Shown here one piece after another: positions 51,507 to 61,800 of a stretch of DNA of 64,000 nucleotides. Below the pieces are notes generated by a model. The model did no database searches. It had not been told where the DNA came from and was given only the letters and a program-made list of their open reading frames with translations. Both the position numbers and the translations under genes were made by a program. The stretch is from Naegleria gruberi (Eukaryota). The first letter of the stretch is position 1. The number at the start of each line of letters is the position of its first letter. The DNA is taken from assembly GCA_000004985.1 (NCBI GenBank), contig GG738902.1. One strand, 5' to 3'.

Positions 51507-52162
51507 TTTTTTTCTTATTAAAATTAGTTAAATATTATTAAATAAATAAGTTTGGAGCTATTTGGTTTTTTGGTGACAATATAATGTTACGCCACCGAAG
51601 CTCCAACTCAGAAAAATTTTCAAAATTCAAAGTAAAATTGTGTTTGTGTTATTAGAGTGTTAATAATTAAATACTGTCGGTTTCAATCCCTTATCGTTTA
51701 CGCAGACTTTTTATTGATGGTGCGATTTTATTATTGGTAAACAACTCAAGCAGGAACTATTCTAATCATTCAAAAAATTATTCATATTGGTGTGGGTGTA
51801 ATTAAGTTGGGGGGGCTACGTGCAGTTAAGAACAACTAGATCTGATGCTCTATTCAGTCTGTGTAATGTTACTTTTGGTTGCAACGAAGGAATGGAATTT
51901 TCTAATTATTTTGAATGTATCTGTCTAGAATCCAAAGTGAAACCTTTTCCAAGATTAAATAAAACAACTTTGGATTATTTAATAACAATTATTCCTTCGT
52001 CCCAATTAATATCAATCTCAAAAAGAGGAAAATCCAATGTATTACTGTATATCATCAAGTTGTGTCAATCATCCCACCTTTATTTATTGAGATAATCAGC
52101 TGGCTTCCAGTTTTTCTAAAATGCACTAATATGGCAATGCTTATTTTGACTTTTCAAAAAAA

Positions 52163-52564
52163 ATGACCAAAAATTGTAAAAGAAAAGGAGTTATTATTGA
52201 TGAATTAACGTATGAAGGATCATCAAAACCAAAGGATTTCTGTTGTGTTTGTAAATCCAAACATGATACAGTTATTTGGAAGAAGGGTTCCTTTACACTC
52301 ACTCCTTTAGCATTAAAGATGGCTTCACTTATGAAAAATTGTGTCATTGATGGCAATTTATGTGGAAATGTTTGTTGTAATGCAGCGTATGTGGAAATAT
52401 GTAATTATTACAAGTCTCCAATAGGGAAAGGAAAGGCAGATTCACTAAAAACCATCAAGGATCCCATCTGGAAAACTGATAACAAAATTCGAAAACCGAA
52501 ATTCGAAATTGTTAAATCGCAAAGAACACTTGTACCAATTTTACTTTACTATTTTATTCAATGA
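52163..52564 (+). CDS. Small Cys-rich hypothetical protein
   Basis: 133-codon ORF whose ATG follows an A8 run. It has Cys/His clusters (FCCVCKSKHDTVIW, CGNVCCNAAYVEIC). It may relate to the downstream hAT-like ORF, but I could not build an in-phase splice between them. Confidence 0.4.
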   Translation: MTKNCKRKGVIIDELTYEGSSKPKDFCCVCKSKHDTVIWKKGSFTLTPLALKMASLMKNCVIDGNLCGNVCCNAAYVEICNYYKSPIGKGKADSLKTIKDPIWKTDNKIRKPKFEIVKSQRTLVPILLYYFIQ

Positions 52565-52847
52565 ATAAGGGATGAAAAACATTCATTAGAAGAAGATAGA
52601 TTCCCAGTAATATATTCTCTCTCTGTACAATTTATTATTTCAATATCTGTCAAGTTAATTGAGATAGAAGGTTTTTCATTAGCTCATACCAAAATAGCTG
52701 GAGTTGAACTTCCTTGAAAAAGAAGTCTGGAAATTCCAGGAAAGAATTTGGAACAAAAATCTTTCCTAGAAAATCCAGAGAAAAATCTTTCCGGCTACAT
52801 TACCAAAAGGGTCAATCATCTCTCTACCAGCAGCCAATTCGAATCCT

Positions 52848-55004
52848 TTGACCAAACTATTCAATAATATTGAGGAACAATTTAGTAGTAAACAACTCTC
52901 CAAAAGAGAACAACGAAAAACATCTCAACTCAACGTTAATGATCCTAAATTTTGTGAGTTGGATATTGAAATCGTTCTTAAGTGTTTTCCAGAAATTAAA
53001 CCTGCAAGCTTTATTTTAGAAACCATATTACAGGAACAAAATGAGTATCCTCTTGATGTACGTTATATGGTAGCATTAGCAGTGGCCAAATATGATGTTG
53101 GAACTCAAAATATTTATGATATTGTCAAATTAGTTGGTAATTTGCCAGAGTTTGGTAATTTAAAATTACGCGATGCCATGAATTCTGACACAGTAATAAG
53201 ATGTATTGTTGAGATTGGATTATGTGTTAAAGTTGCACTTTCTTTAATCCTAAGTGAATCTTTGGATTTGTTGTGGTCTTGTGATGAAACAGAGGATCAT
53301 TATAGAAGATTTCTTGCCATTACAGCACATGGAATGTTGAAAGACAAACCCTGGCATTTTGTTCTTGGTTTATCCGAAATTAGTGATCATGCCAGCGTAA
53401 ATATTGGTTGCAAATCTGGAATATTGACACAATTCAATAATCAAAGAAGACTGGATTATAAAGAAACTGATCCTTATGGTGTCACAGTATTGGAAGATTG
53501 TATATTTTTGAGTTGTGCTGATCATACGGTTGCTTTAGCGGCTAAAAGAGCTCACAAGCAAATGGCAGAGATATGCAAGGAGTTTAAAGTATATGATCCA
53601 ACAAAAATTCCTCCGTGCTATCTTAGTATTATTCATTACATTACTTCCGTGATATCATCTAAGTTCAGAACTACTTCCAAAAACAAATATCTTGCATTCG
53701 AAAGTAAGTGGAAATTAAAAAGTAGACCAATGGTCTGTGTAGATGAAATAAGATATTGCTCAGTTGATATTGTAGCAAACTTGATTGTTGAGAGATTATA
53801 TTTTTTTAAAAGTATTAGAAGATACATCACTGACAAAAAGTTGTATGAGGTATTGATGTTATTGGATAGAAAAGAAATAGTGATGATGTTGTGTGTTAGT
53901 TCTTGCATGTGGACATCTCTTTACTCCAAATATATGAAGAGTGGTTCCATTATTTCCTCTTCCAGTTATTATTTGGAATATTTGGAAAAGCTTACAGCTA
54001 TCATTTCAAATCCAAATAATTATTCCTATATATTGAATGTAACTTTTGAAATAACACCAGAGTTATTTCGGGAATATTATAACTCAACTAAATCCTTAAC
54101 TTTGAATATTCCTTCACTAATATCAGGTCAAATAGAATATGAAAATAATATCTTGCCACTCAATCAATTTGAAGAGCAAATTGGTAAAAGCCTTGTTCAA
54201 AATAGAGCTATAGAACAAGACAAAGTTGCAGTTCTGATATTAGAAGAGTCGTCAGAAGATAATATAGAGCATGTAGATATTAGTTGCATTGGTAATGTTC
54301 AAGAAAACCTATTTATGAGGTTCGGTGAAGCAATCATCTCTGGAAATGTTACTTCCTTAGTGGATTATATTACCAAAAATAATTATGCTACAGAAAAGTT
54401 GTACTCAGATTTCATTACAGCAACAAATAGATTGTGTGAAAGAACATTCTCCACTGTGAAATATGCTCTTGATGATAATTCTAGAACCAGAGCACTGGTA
54501 ATCGAGTCAATAATATTAGTCAGGCAATTTCCATTAGACTTGAATGTCAGTAGCTTTTCTCCATTATTTGAATTCAAAAAGAAAGCTAGAGTATTGCTAG
54601 ATTCACAACAAACAAGAAAAGAGATCGCCTCGGAGAAGGTGGTCATTGAATTAAAACAGGCTGAAGAAGAATCCCAAAAAGTAGCAAAGAAGCACTCTCA
54701 ACAGTTAGAAGGAGAGTTGACAGATCAATTATTGAGAGTATGTGGAATAACATTAGATACCAATCTCAAACCTTATACTAACAAATGGTACGCATTGGTA
54801 GTAGATAAAATTAAAAAACACTACAATGGAAAGAAGAAGAAGAAATGGAGGAAAACTTTTCGGAAAAAGAGTGATTATGTACAATTTTTGGCACAAATTG
54901 CACTTGAAGAGGAGAATAGATTGTGGAGAGAAGGGTTGCCATCATCACAGTCTGATTACTCACAACAAAATGCGTTCACAATCGAGGAACCAAGTACACA
55001 ATGA
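52848..55004 (+). CDS. hAT-family transposase-like protein (domesticated gene or element remnant); no ATG at the 5' end of the open frame
   Basis: The frame is open from 52770; the first start-like codon is TTG 52848 and the first ATG is about 74 codons in. hAT-like motifs include FLAITAHGMLKDKPWHFVLGLSEISDHASVNI (insertion-domain/RNase-H region) and FLSCADHTVALAAKRA (C-x-x-H block). The C-terminal NRLCERTFSTVKYALDDNSRTRALVIESIILVRQF resembles the hAT dimerisation motif (S-E-R-x-F-S...R..L). Confidence 0.5.
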   Translation: MTKLFNNIEEQFSSKQLSKREQRKTSQLNVNDPKFCELDIEIVLKCFPEIKPASFILETILQEQNEYPLDVRYMVALAVAKYDVGTQNIYDIVKLVGNLPEFGNLKLRDAMNSDTVIRCIVEIGLCVKVALSLILSESLDLLWSCDETEDHYRRFLAITAHGMLKDKPWHFVLGLSEISDHASVNIGCKSGILTQFNNQRRLDYKETDPYGVTVLEDCIFLSCADHTVALAAKRAHKQMAEICKEFKVYDPTKIPPCYLSIIHYITSVISSKFRTTSKNKYLAFESKWKLKSRPMVCVDEIRYCSVDIVANLIVERLYFFKSIRRYITDKKLYEVLMLLDRKEIVMMLCVSSCMWTSLYSKYMKSGSIISSSSYYLEYLEKLTAIISNPNNYSYILNVTFEITPELFREYYNSTKSLTLNIPSLISGQIEYENNILPLNQFEEQIGKSLVQNRAIEQDKVAVLILEESSEDNIEHVDISCIGNVQENLFMRFGEAIISGNVTSLVDYITKNNYATEKLYSDFITATNRLCERTFSTVKYALDDNSRTRALVIESIILVRQFPLDLNVSSFSPLFEFKKKARVLLDSQQTRKEIASEKVVIELKQAEEESQKVAKKHSQQLEGELTDQLLRVCGITLDTNLKPYTNKWYALVVDKIKKHYNGKKKKKWRKTFRKKSDYVQFLAQIALEEENRLWREGLPSSQSDYSQQNAFTIEEPSTQ

Positions 55005-55092
55005 TGTTTTTGTTTTTTTTTAATAAAATTTTACAACAAAAATGCGCACCAATCAAATTACTGGCGTAACATTAGTGACAATACTTTACGTT

Positions 55093-55989
55093 TTATAACA
55101 AATCTATTGAAGATACCAGTGAATTGTACATGAATAAAAACATTTCATCACTCAGTTTGGAGGAATCAGCACCAAATTCACTGAGTGTTTTCAGGGCAAT
55201 ATTGTGTTTGGTTTTGATTAATGATGCTGAAAGTTTTACAGAGAGAGGAATTAATATTTCTCTCAGTTTGGCAACATTTGAATCTGAAATATTATTCTTC
55301 ATCCAATATAATGCAAATTCCAATAATTTCATCTCACCAAACACAACCTTTTGATCCTGATATTCCTCAATAAAACCAAGCATCATACTCTCATCAAAAT
55401 AATTAATATACATTGATAACTTCCAGGAACTTGTAAACTTGGTTTTTAATCTGGTTTCCATCTCTGGGATTGCAAAAGTTTTAGCCAAATAGTACAATTT
55501 GAAAAAGTGTTGCACATAATCACCATCTACCAACTTGTCAAGAAGAAAGTTTGTCAATTTAGGAATTCCCATCAAAATTGAAAGCCTAATCGCATCAATA
55601 ACATTATCCAAAGAATGATCGAGCAAATGGTCCCTCTCCTCTGCTTCGTACAAATAGAGCATTACATATTCAAAAGCCTCTCTATTATACACTTTGAGAT
55701 CAACTTGAATTGTTTTTGATTGATTTTCATCGGAGGTGATGATCATTGCATCGGAATGTTCTTCCTTCTTTTCATCATCATGATTAGTTGTTATATTATT
55801 ATTATTATTACTAGTAATATTAGAATTATTTGTTGATGATTGTTGCGTTAACTTTTCTAAAAAGTAAAGAGAAGAGACAATTATTGAAGAGTGAGCATAA
55901 TATTTGATCGGATCAGATAAAAGTTGTGGAAAGAGTAATACTACGTTATGATCACTTTCATTATTGAATTTCAACTCTTGTGAAGACAT
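55093..55989 (-). CDS. BTB/POZ-domain-like protein
   Basis: 298-codon ORF whose ATG follows an A8 run. The BTB-like region reads SDHNVVLLF...IKYYAHSSIIVSSLYFLEKL...TIQVDLKVYNREAFEYVMLYLYEAE. A helical BACK-like region follows. Confidence 0.6.
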   Translation of the reverse strand: MSSQELKFNNESDHNVVLLFPQLLSDPIKYYAHSSIIVSSLYFLEKLTQQSSTNNSNITSNNNNNITTNHDDEKKEEHSDAMIITSDENQSKTIQVDLKVYNREAFEYVMLYLYEAEERDHLLDHSLDNVIDAIRLSILMGIPKLTNFLLDKLVDGDYVQHFFKLYYLAKTFAIPEMETRLKTKFTSSWKLSMYINYFDESMMLGFIEEYQDQKVVFGEMKLLEFALYWMKNNISDSNVAKLREILIPLSVKLSASLIKTKHNIALKTLSEFGADSSKLSDEMFLFMYNSLVSSIDLL

Positions 55990-56075
55990 TTTTTTTAATT
56001 AAAATTATTATCCGTATTATTTTAATAATTAATGAAAATGTTAATTGTAAAGTATTTAAAAATATTTAAAAAAAA

Positions 56076-57596
56076 ATGAGCGGTCAATCTGTGGTGATTA
56101 CTCTGGTTGATCATCCTCAACAGGACCATCAATATTTATTTAATCTTCTCTTTCAAAAGATGCAACACCAAATCAAAGGCTTTGTCCGTTGGTTTGAAAG
56201 GCGGGAAAATATTTTAAATGAAATTCGAGTAAATAATAATAATCGTGATGATGATCATGATGAATATTTCATTCCGAAACCCTTCTCTGTATGGATTGAA
56301 AAGGAGGAAAATTTAAAGAAAGAAATGGGTTTTTTACCAATTGAATTTTCGTTGGATAATGCAAGTCTGGTGGCTTATACGATTGTTGCAACTCTTTTCT
56401 CATTGTCGTCCAATATGTTTGAAATTGTCGTATTCAACAAGAATGAATGTACTAGTGAGAGGAGTGAAGGATTTCTTCTCACGAGCCTACTTTTAGATCA
56501 AAATGAGGAGGAGTTTATTGAAAGTTTTCCCAATGAATTGATTGGTTCGAAAGAATTTATGAAGAAAGCTGTCGAAATGTGTGGAACTATTGTTAGGTGT
56601 GAGTGTTTGAATAAGGAGTTTTTGCAGGATCGTGATTTTGTGTTAAGGGCTGTGAATAATGCACCAATTTCCCTCTTGGAAGAGATTCCACTTCAATATA
56701 GAAATGATGATGAGATTGTTTTTAAGAGTTGTTCATTCATCCCAGCATGGGATGCAGAATTAATGTCAGATCGTTTAAAGAGCGACAAATCTTTCCTTTT
56801 AAAGGTGATTGAGAACGATCCTCCCATCTTTAAGTGTATTAGTCCAGAACTAAAAACCGATACAGATTTCATTATGGAATGCCTTGATAGGGCTGGCACT
56901 ACGCTATTTGATTACATTCCCGACTGGATTTTAGAATCAATCGTTAAGGATATCAATATATTGAAATCAGTTTCCTCCAAACGATTTATAAGGGATTATT
57001 TTGCACGAGCTGCCTCTAAATTCCTCCCCCATGAAGTAATTATTGAACTTTCCAATGACAGAGAGTTTGCCTATCAATGCATTAAGAATCAATCAACAGC
57101 TGCTTCATTCTTCTCACCAGATATTAGAAAAGAAATAGAATTTATCAAACTATCCAAGAATTTGAACATTGCCCCAGATAAGACAGTATTAGATCGTGAA
57201 TTCCTGAAAGAAATGTATAGCTTGGACATTCAAAATTTCCACTACATGCCAGACGAGCTCAAGAATAACAAAACCTTTGTTTTGGAGTTGATGGAAATCA
57301 ATGGATTAGGTTTGGAATTTCTCTCTTCTTCCCTAAGAACTGATCATGACATTATCCAACGAGCAATTCAACAAAATGGTTCCTCCCTCAATGTTGCCCT
57401 AACTAAAGAAAGACGAAACAAGAAACTTCAAGAAATGGCAACCGAAACTAGTGGCTATTTCGAATATTTACATGCTGACAACATGAAATTCTGGAAACAC
57501 TTTAATTTAAGATTGGAGAAGGAGTACTTTGGATTTGACATTCCCAAACGTTTTTGTTCAGTAGCAGCGTTACACAAAAAGTACCAACTTGATTGA
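56076..57596 (+). CDS. DUF4116-repeat protein
   Basis: 506-codon ORF whose ATG follows an A9 run. It has iterated repeats of about 48 residues (FLQDRDFVLRAVNNAPISLLEEIPLQYRNDDEIV; LKSDKSFLLKVIENDPPIFKCISPELKTDTDFIMECL; ELKNNKTFVLELMEINGLGLEFLSSSLRTDHDIIQRAIQQNGSSL). Confidence 0.8.
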   Translation: MSGQSVVITLVDHPQQDHQYLFNLLFQKMQHQIKGFVRWFERRENILNEIRVNNNNRDDDHDEYFIPKPFSVWIEKEENLKKEMGFLPIEFSLDNASLVAYTIVATLFSLSSNMFEIVVFNKNECTSERSEGFLLTSLLLDQNEEEFIESFPNELIGSKEFMKKAVEMCGTIVRCECLNKEFLQDRDFVLRAVNNAPISLLEEIPLQYRNDDEIVFKSCSFIPAWDAELMSDRLKSDKSFLLKVIENDPPIFKCISPELKTDTDFIMECLDRAGTTLFDYIPDWILESIVKDINILKSVSSKRFIRDYFARAASKFLPHEVIIELSNDREFAYQCIKNQSTAASFFSPDIRKEIEFIKLSKNLNIAPDKTVLDREFLKEMYSLDIQNFHYMPDELKNNKTFVLELMEINGLGLEFLSSSLRTDHDIIQRAIQQNGSSLNVALTKERRNKKLQEMATETSGYFEYLHADNMKFWKHFNLRLEKEYFGFDIPKRFCSVAALHKKYQLD

Positions 57597-57749
57597 ATCA
57601 TCGAGTACGAAACTTCCTTACCAATGCTTATGTGCGAAGATAGAGCTCTATTGATCAGATTCAGTTCCCGTTAAAGACTCAATTATTACTTTTACGTCAT
57701 TTGTCAGATATCTCTGTTCTCCCAAGAAATTGAAAAAAAAAACATTCAA

Positions 57750-58832
57750 ATGGAAGAGTGTAACATCATCATTGAACCTTTTGCCTATGGCCTCGATAAC
57801 AGCTCTGCTTTATCTACAACAACTAGAAATGTTCATTATTTTTCTCTGAGCGCCTACGGTGTGACCATGTTGATGGCCATAGCACTGTTATTATTTATGG
57901 CAGTGTTACTTGTTAGGAAAGGTCATTCTATGGTTTCGAACAAAAAGTTGCTGTACCTCTTGACCATCTTTTTGAATATTATTCAGGTTGTGGCCATAAT
58001 GTCAGGAGTTGGACATTCGGTGAGCAAGTTGACAAATGCTGCAGAGGTGGTTGGTCAGGCCTTTTTCATGATTCACTACGAGACGATTATTATAACATTA
58101 TTCTTATCAATTATTTGCCAGAGTATGACAACAAAGGTTTTCTATACTGTTTATTTTGTTGGAAAGAGAAGAACAAAGCTCCAGACCTTTCTTAAACATT
58201 ATGCAATTATCAATGCAATTATTTGGACTATTTTGGTTTCCTTGTTAGTGATAACAATCTTTTTCACCTTGATGGCATACTACTTTCCTGGTGTGAATCA
58301 GGAAATTGCCAAAGATGCTGCTGTTGATAGGTTTTATGTTGATGCTGCTGTTGGTTGTTTTTACATTATTTCTGTAACTGTCACAGGAAGTGTCAATATT
58401 GCTTTGGTTGTTTATCTTATCAGATCAATCAGGGAGTCAGCTGCTAGATGTGGGCTTAAACCAAGTGAAGAACAGAACACTGCATCTAAAAAATTAATTG
58501 CTATCAGTATTAGTCAATTATTTCTTGGAATTGGAATGGGATTAACAACATTTTTATTCATTTTAGGATTATTGGATTATATTGCATTTGCAGTTGCAAG
58601 TCACTTGCAAAGAATACTGGTATTCGTTTATTCTTTGTTGGTAGTTTTCACTTTTGGGCCTCTGGATGATTTGAATAAGCACCTTTCCTCAAATTCTCAA
58701 CTTAAAACCATTGCTTCTCCAACTTCTCCACAAAGAGCAAAAACCAAATCAGAATCACCAGAAACTGAATTGAAAGGATTTGATATTGCATCACCCTCAA
58801 TCAACCATTCAAATGTTGTTAGTAGTGTTTAA
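57750..58832 (+). CDS. Seven-transmembrane (GPCR-like) membrane protein, family unassigned
   Basis: 360-codon ORF with seven hydrophobic helices of about 20-28 residues and a Ser/Pro-rich cytoplasmic tail. Confidence 0.6.
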   Translation: MEECNIIIEPFAYGLDNSSALSTTTRNVHYFSLSAYGVTMLMAIALLLFMAVLLVRKGHSMVSNKKLLYLLTIFLNIIQVVAIMSGVGHSVSKLTNAAEVVGQAFFMIHYETIIITLFLSIICQSMTTKVFYTVYFVGKRRTKLQTFLKHYAIINAIIWTILVSLLVITIFFTLMAYYFPGVNQEIAKDAAVDRFYVDAAVGCFYIISVTVTGSVNIALVVYLIRSIRESAARCGLKPSEEQNTASKKLIAISISQLFLGIGMGLTTFLFILGLLDYIAFAVASHLQRILVFVYSLLVVFTFGPLDDLNKHLSSNSQLKTIASPTSPQRAKTKSESPETELKGFDIASPSINHSNVVSSV

Positions 58833-58862
58833 TCAATTTTGGAAACTATGAAACTTCCTTTA

Positions 58863-61800
58863 TTAATCAGCTAATTGCCTATTAGATGGTTTGATTTTAG
58901 TGGAAATTTCCCACAAATCTTCATCTGAATGATGAATAAGACGAGGCAATTCCTCAGTAAAGACGAATTGAAGATAGGCCAATTCTTGGAAGTCATAATT
59001 GAGACACAATTGTTGTAGGGAAGCAACACGCTCCAATGTCTTGAGGAGAATTCTCATCATCTTGTAATTAATTACCTTCTTGTTTGGACTTTTTGGATGG
59101 TCTAACAGTGGTTTGTTACCTTCCTTTGTGAATAAAACTTGACTTTGAAAGCTTCCTAAATATGGAACACATGGTAATTGTTTTTCTGACAAACTGTCAT
59201 ACATGGCAGCAATTTCCTTCGAATTGATAACCTTCTTTTGACAATCTTCCAATTCTTGATAAAGTTTGTGAACTTCCTTATTGTCTTCATAAAGCTCCTT
59301 GATTCTATAGACAGAGGTGGATCTGAGAGCTCCTAACAATGCCATAAATCCGAAAAAGTTGTTTTGTTGATAGCATGACTGAGCTGAACACAAGACTTTT
59401 GTGAAAACCTTCTTTCTATCTCTGTCATTTGTTTGAACAAGTACCATTTCGTTCGCCCAATGTTGAACCAGTTTGAAATGCTCTTGCATGAATAGAATAT
59501 TACTGCTGTACTTTTCTCTAATTTCCTTATCCTTGCTTTCAATATAGTAAAATTCGTAAGGTTTGATTTTGAGGAAGAATTTAGCCTCCAATAGAGTAAG
59601 TTGATGAGCAATCTCGTTGGAAGGCCAAGCTACAATATCAAAAGTAATTTTGAACGGATTGGTAATACGTTGAGTAGTAAAGTACAATTCTCTATCGTGA
59701 TTCCACTTTGACATTGGAATTTGTGGAGTGGATACCATTTGAAGTGTCAATCCTTTTGGAAGAATGAGTGTCTTGTCTGTTGATTGATCTCCATCTTGTC
59801 CAGGGCTTGTAATGTTACAACGAGAGCCTGAAGATGCCTGAATGGACAAGACATTCAATAAGAGGGCATTTTGAATCTTGGCAATACTGGAACTGCTACT
59901 ATCTGACATGTGTTCAATTTCCCGCATGAAATTAATACTCTTTGCAATACTTAAATTGTTAAAAGCATAAAAACCATCCTTGATTAATCTGGCTGCTGTT
60001 CTTTCTAAATTAATCTTGGCAATAAACAAATTGTCCTTCTTGGAGGAGTCCATCTTTGATTGTTGATTCAAGTGTTTGTACTTGGAAATGAGAATATCAA
60101 TAATGTGCTCTGGAGAACTAAATAAATTATATGTCAAGTAGAACATTTGAGAAAAGTTTTCAGTATTTTCAATATCATTCTCTGGATTAAATCCTAAAAT
60201 CTTATTAATGGATGCTTCCAATGTTGCTGCCTTGAGAGATTTAGATTCCAAATCGACAATGTAGTCCTCAGGTTCGGCTTCATTAATATTGCTAATGGAA
60301 GATGCCTCTATTCTACTCAAATATTCACTCAATAAAATATCACTACAGTTAGCACAGTGTGCTCTGAACACATCTGTATCATAGTCCAAGTCGTTTGCAT
60401 CTGGACAAAAGACCAACAAGCTGTGAGATTTTTCCATGAACATTAATAAAGCAATGAGTAATCTAAACTTGTTTTCCTTCTTTAAGAATTTCATAGACAA
60501 GTCTCTTGAATTACTAATTTCATGAACACTGATTCTCTCAGCAAAGTTGGTAATAAGCTCTGTCATGACACTTTTAACCATTATAAAGCAAGTATTACCA
60601 TCATGTCTTAAAAGTGAGTGAATGACTGTGTGTCGAATGAGTTGAATTAGTTTGTATAATAGTGCCTCAACAGTATCATCATCTGCTGCACTATCTGAAA
60701 CATTTTCCAAAACAGAAATCAAGTGCTTGGTCATACCTCCTTCCTTTCCTATAAATAAGTTAAAGATTAAATAGACCACAATTTGATAAGATTTGCTAAC
60801 AAAGTCAAGCTTTTTGGATTGTTGTTCAGATCTCTCTTTTGAAATACCTCTGAATGAAAGTACAACATTCTTGAAAAACTTTAAAACGTAAAATATAATA
60901 CTAATGTCATTCAGATCGTTAGCAAAATAGAGGGTCTTTTTCTTCCACCACTCAATCAAGGTATCTCTATTACAATTTCTCATGGTCCACAACATGATAG
61001 TACTCAGAATAATATTAATTTCGTTGAATTGTTTGAGTTTGAGCAAAAGTTCTTCTCCTTTGGTAAAGAAGTTGTCAACTAATGAATTAAATAAAATTCC
61101 AATGACTCGCTCACGTTGTTCCCTCGATTGATATCTTTCATCATAATCAATCTTGATGAAAAGATCAAGGAAATATTTGGCTGTCTTGAAAATTATCTTT
61201 TCATTGCCAGCCTCAATTGATTCCAAGAAGAAAGTAATGAGCTTGCTTACGAATGCGTTTTCCTTTCCAGCAGTGTCCAAATCCCAAATAGAGTGATAAT
61301 CTGTAATAATAGCCAAAGATTCACTCAATAATCTAGAAGCAGTATCCTTGGAAGTGCATCGATTTACCTTTTTACAATAAAAATCAAAAACACCAGCCGA
61401 TTCAGAATACCCCAAAAATGGAATTAAATCTCTGATAAATAGAGCAATATTTCTGTTACAGTAAACTACCAAATTATTGTTAGCTGCATTGTTGGTACCT
61501 AACAGTTTTTCCATTCCTTCAAAAAGTAATTGGATAAGACTCTTTGAAAGTTGAATAAGATCTGCCTCTTCATAATTTTTAACACCTTTGGATTGTGCAA
61601 CAAGGAGACTCTTAATAGCCATATCGAAAATAAACCAAGAATATCTGCATGACTCTGATTCAACACTGATATCGTCTTGTTGCTTTTGCTCCTTGCTATG
61701 CATGTAGAGAATGAATAAACTCAACAATTTGCAATGTAAAGTTTCATAATTAAATACATATTTCACATATCCAGAGAAAAATCTATTACCACGAGAGCTA

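Noticed and set aside
52163-52847. Splicing the small Cys-rich ORF (52163..52564) onto the hAT-like ORF via the good acceptor TCTCTACCAG ending at 52830
   Set aside because: That acceptor needs a phase-1 donor. The only GT dinucleotides near the end of the upstream ORF (52511, 52532) are in the wrong phase and have poor consensus.
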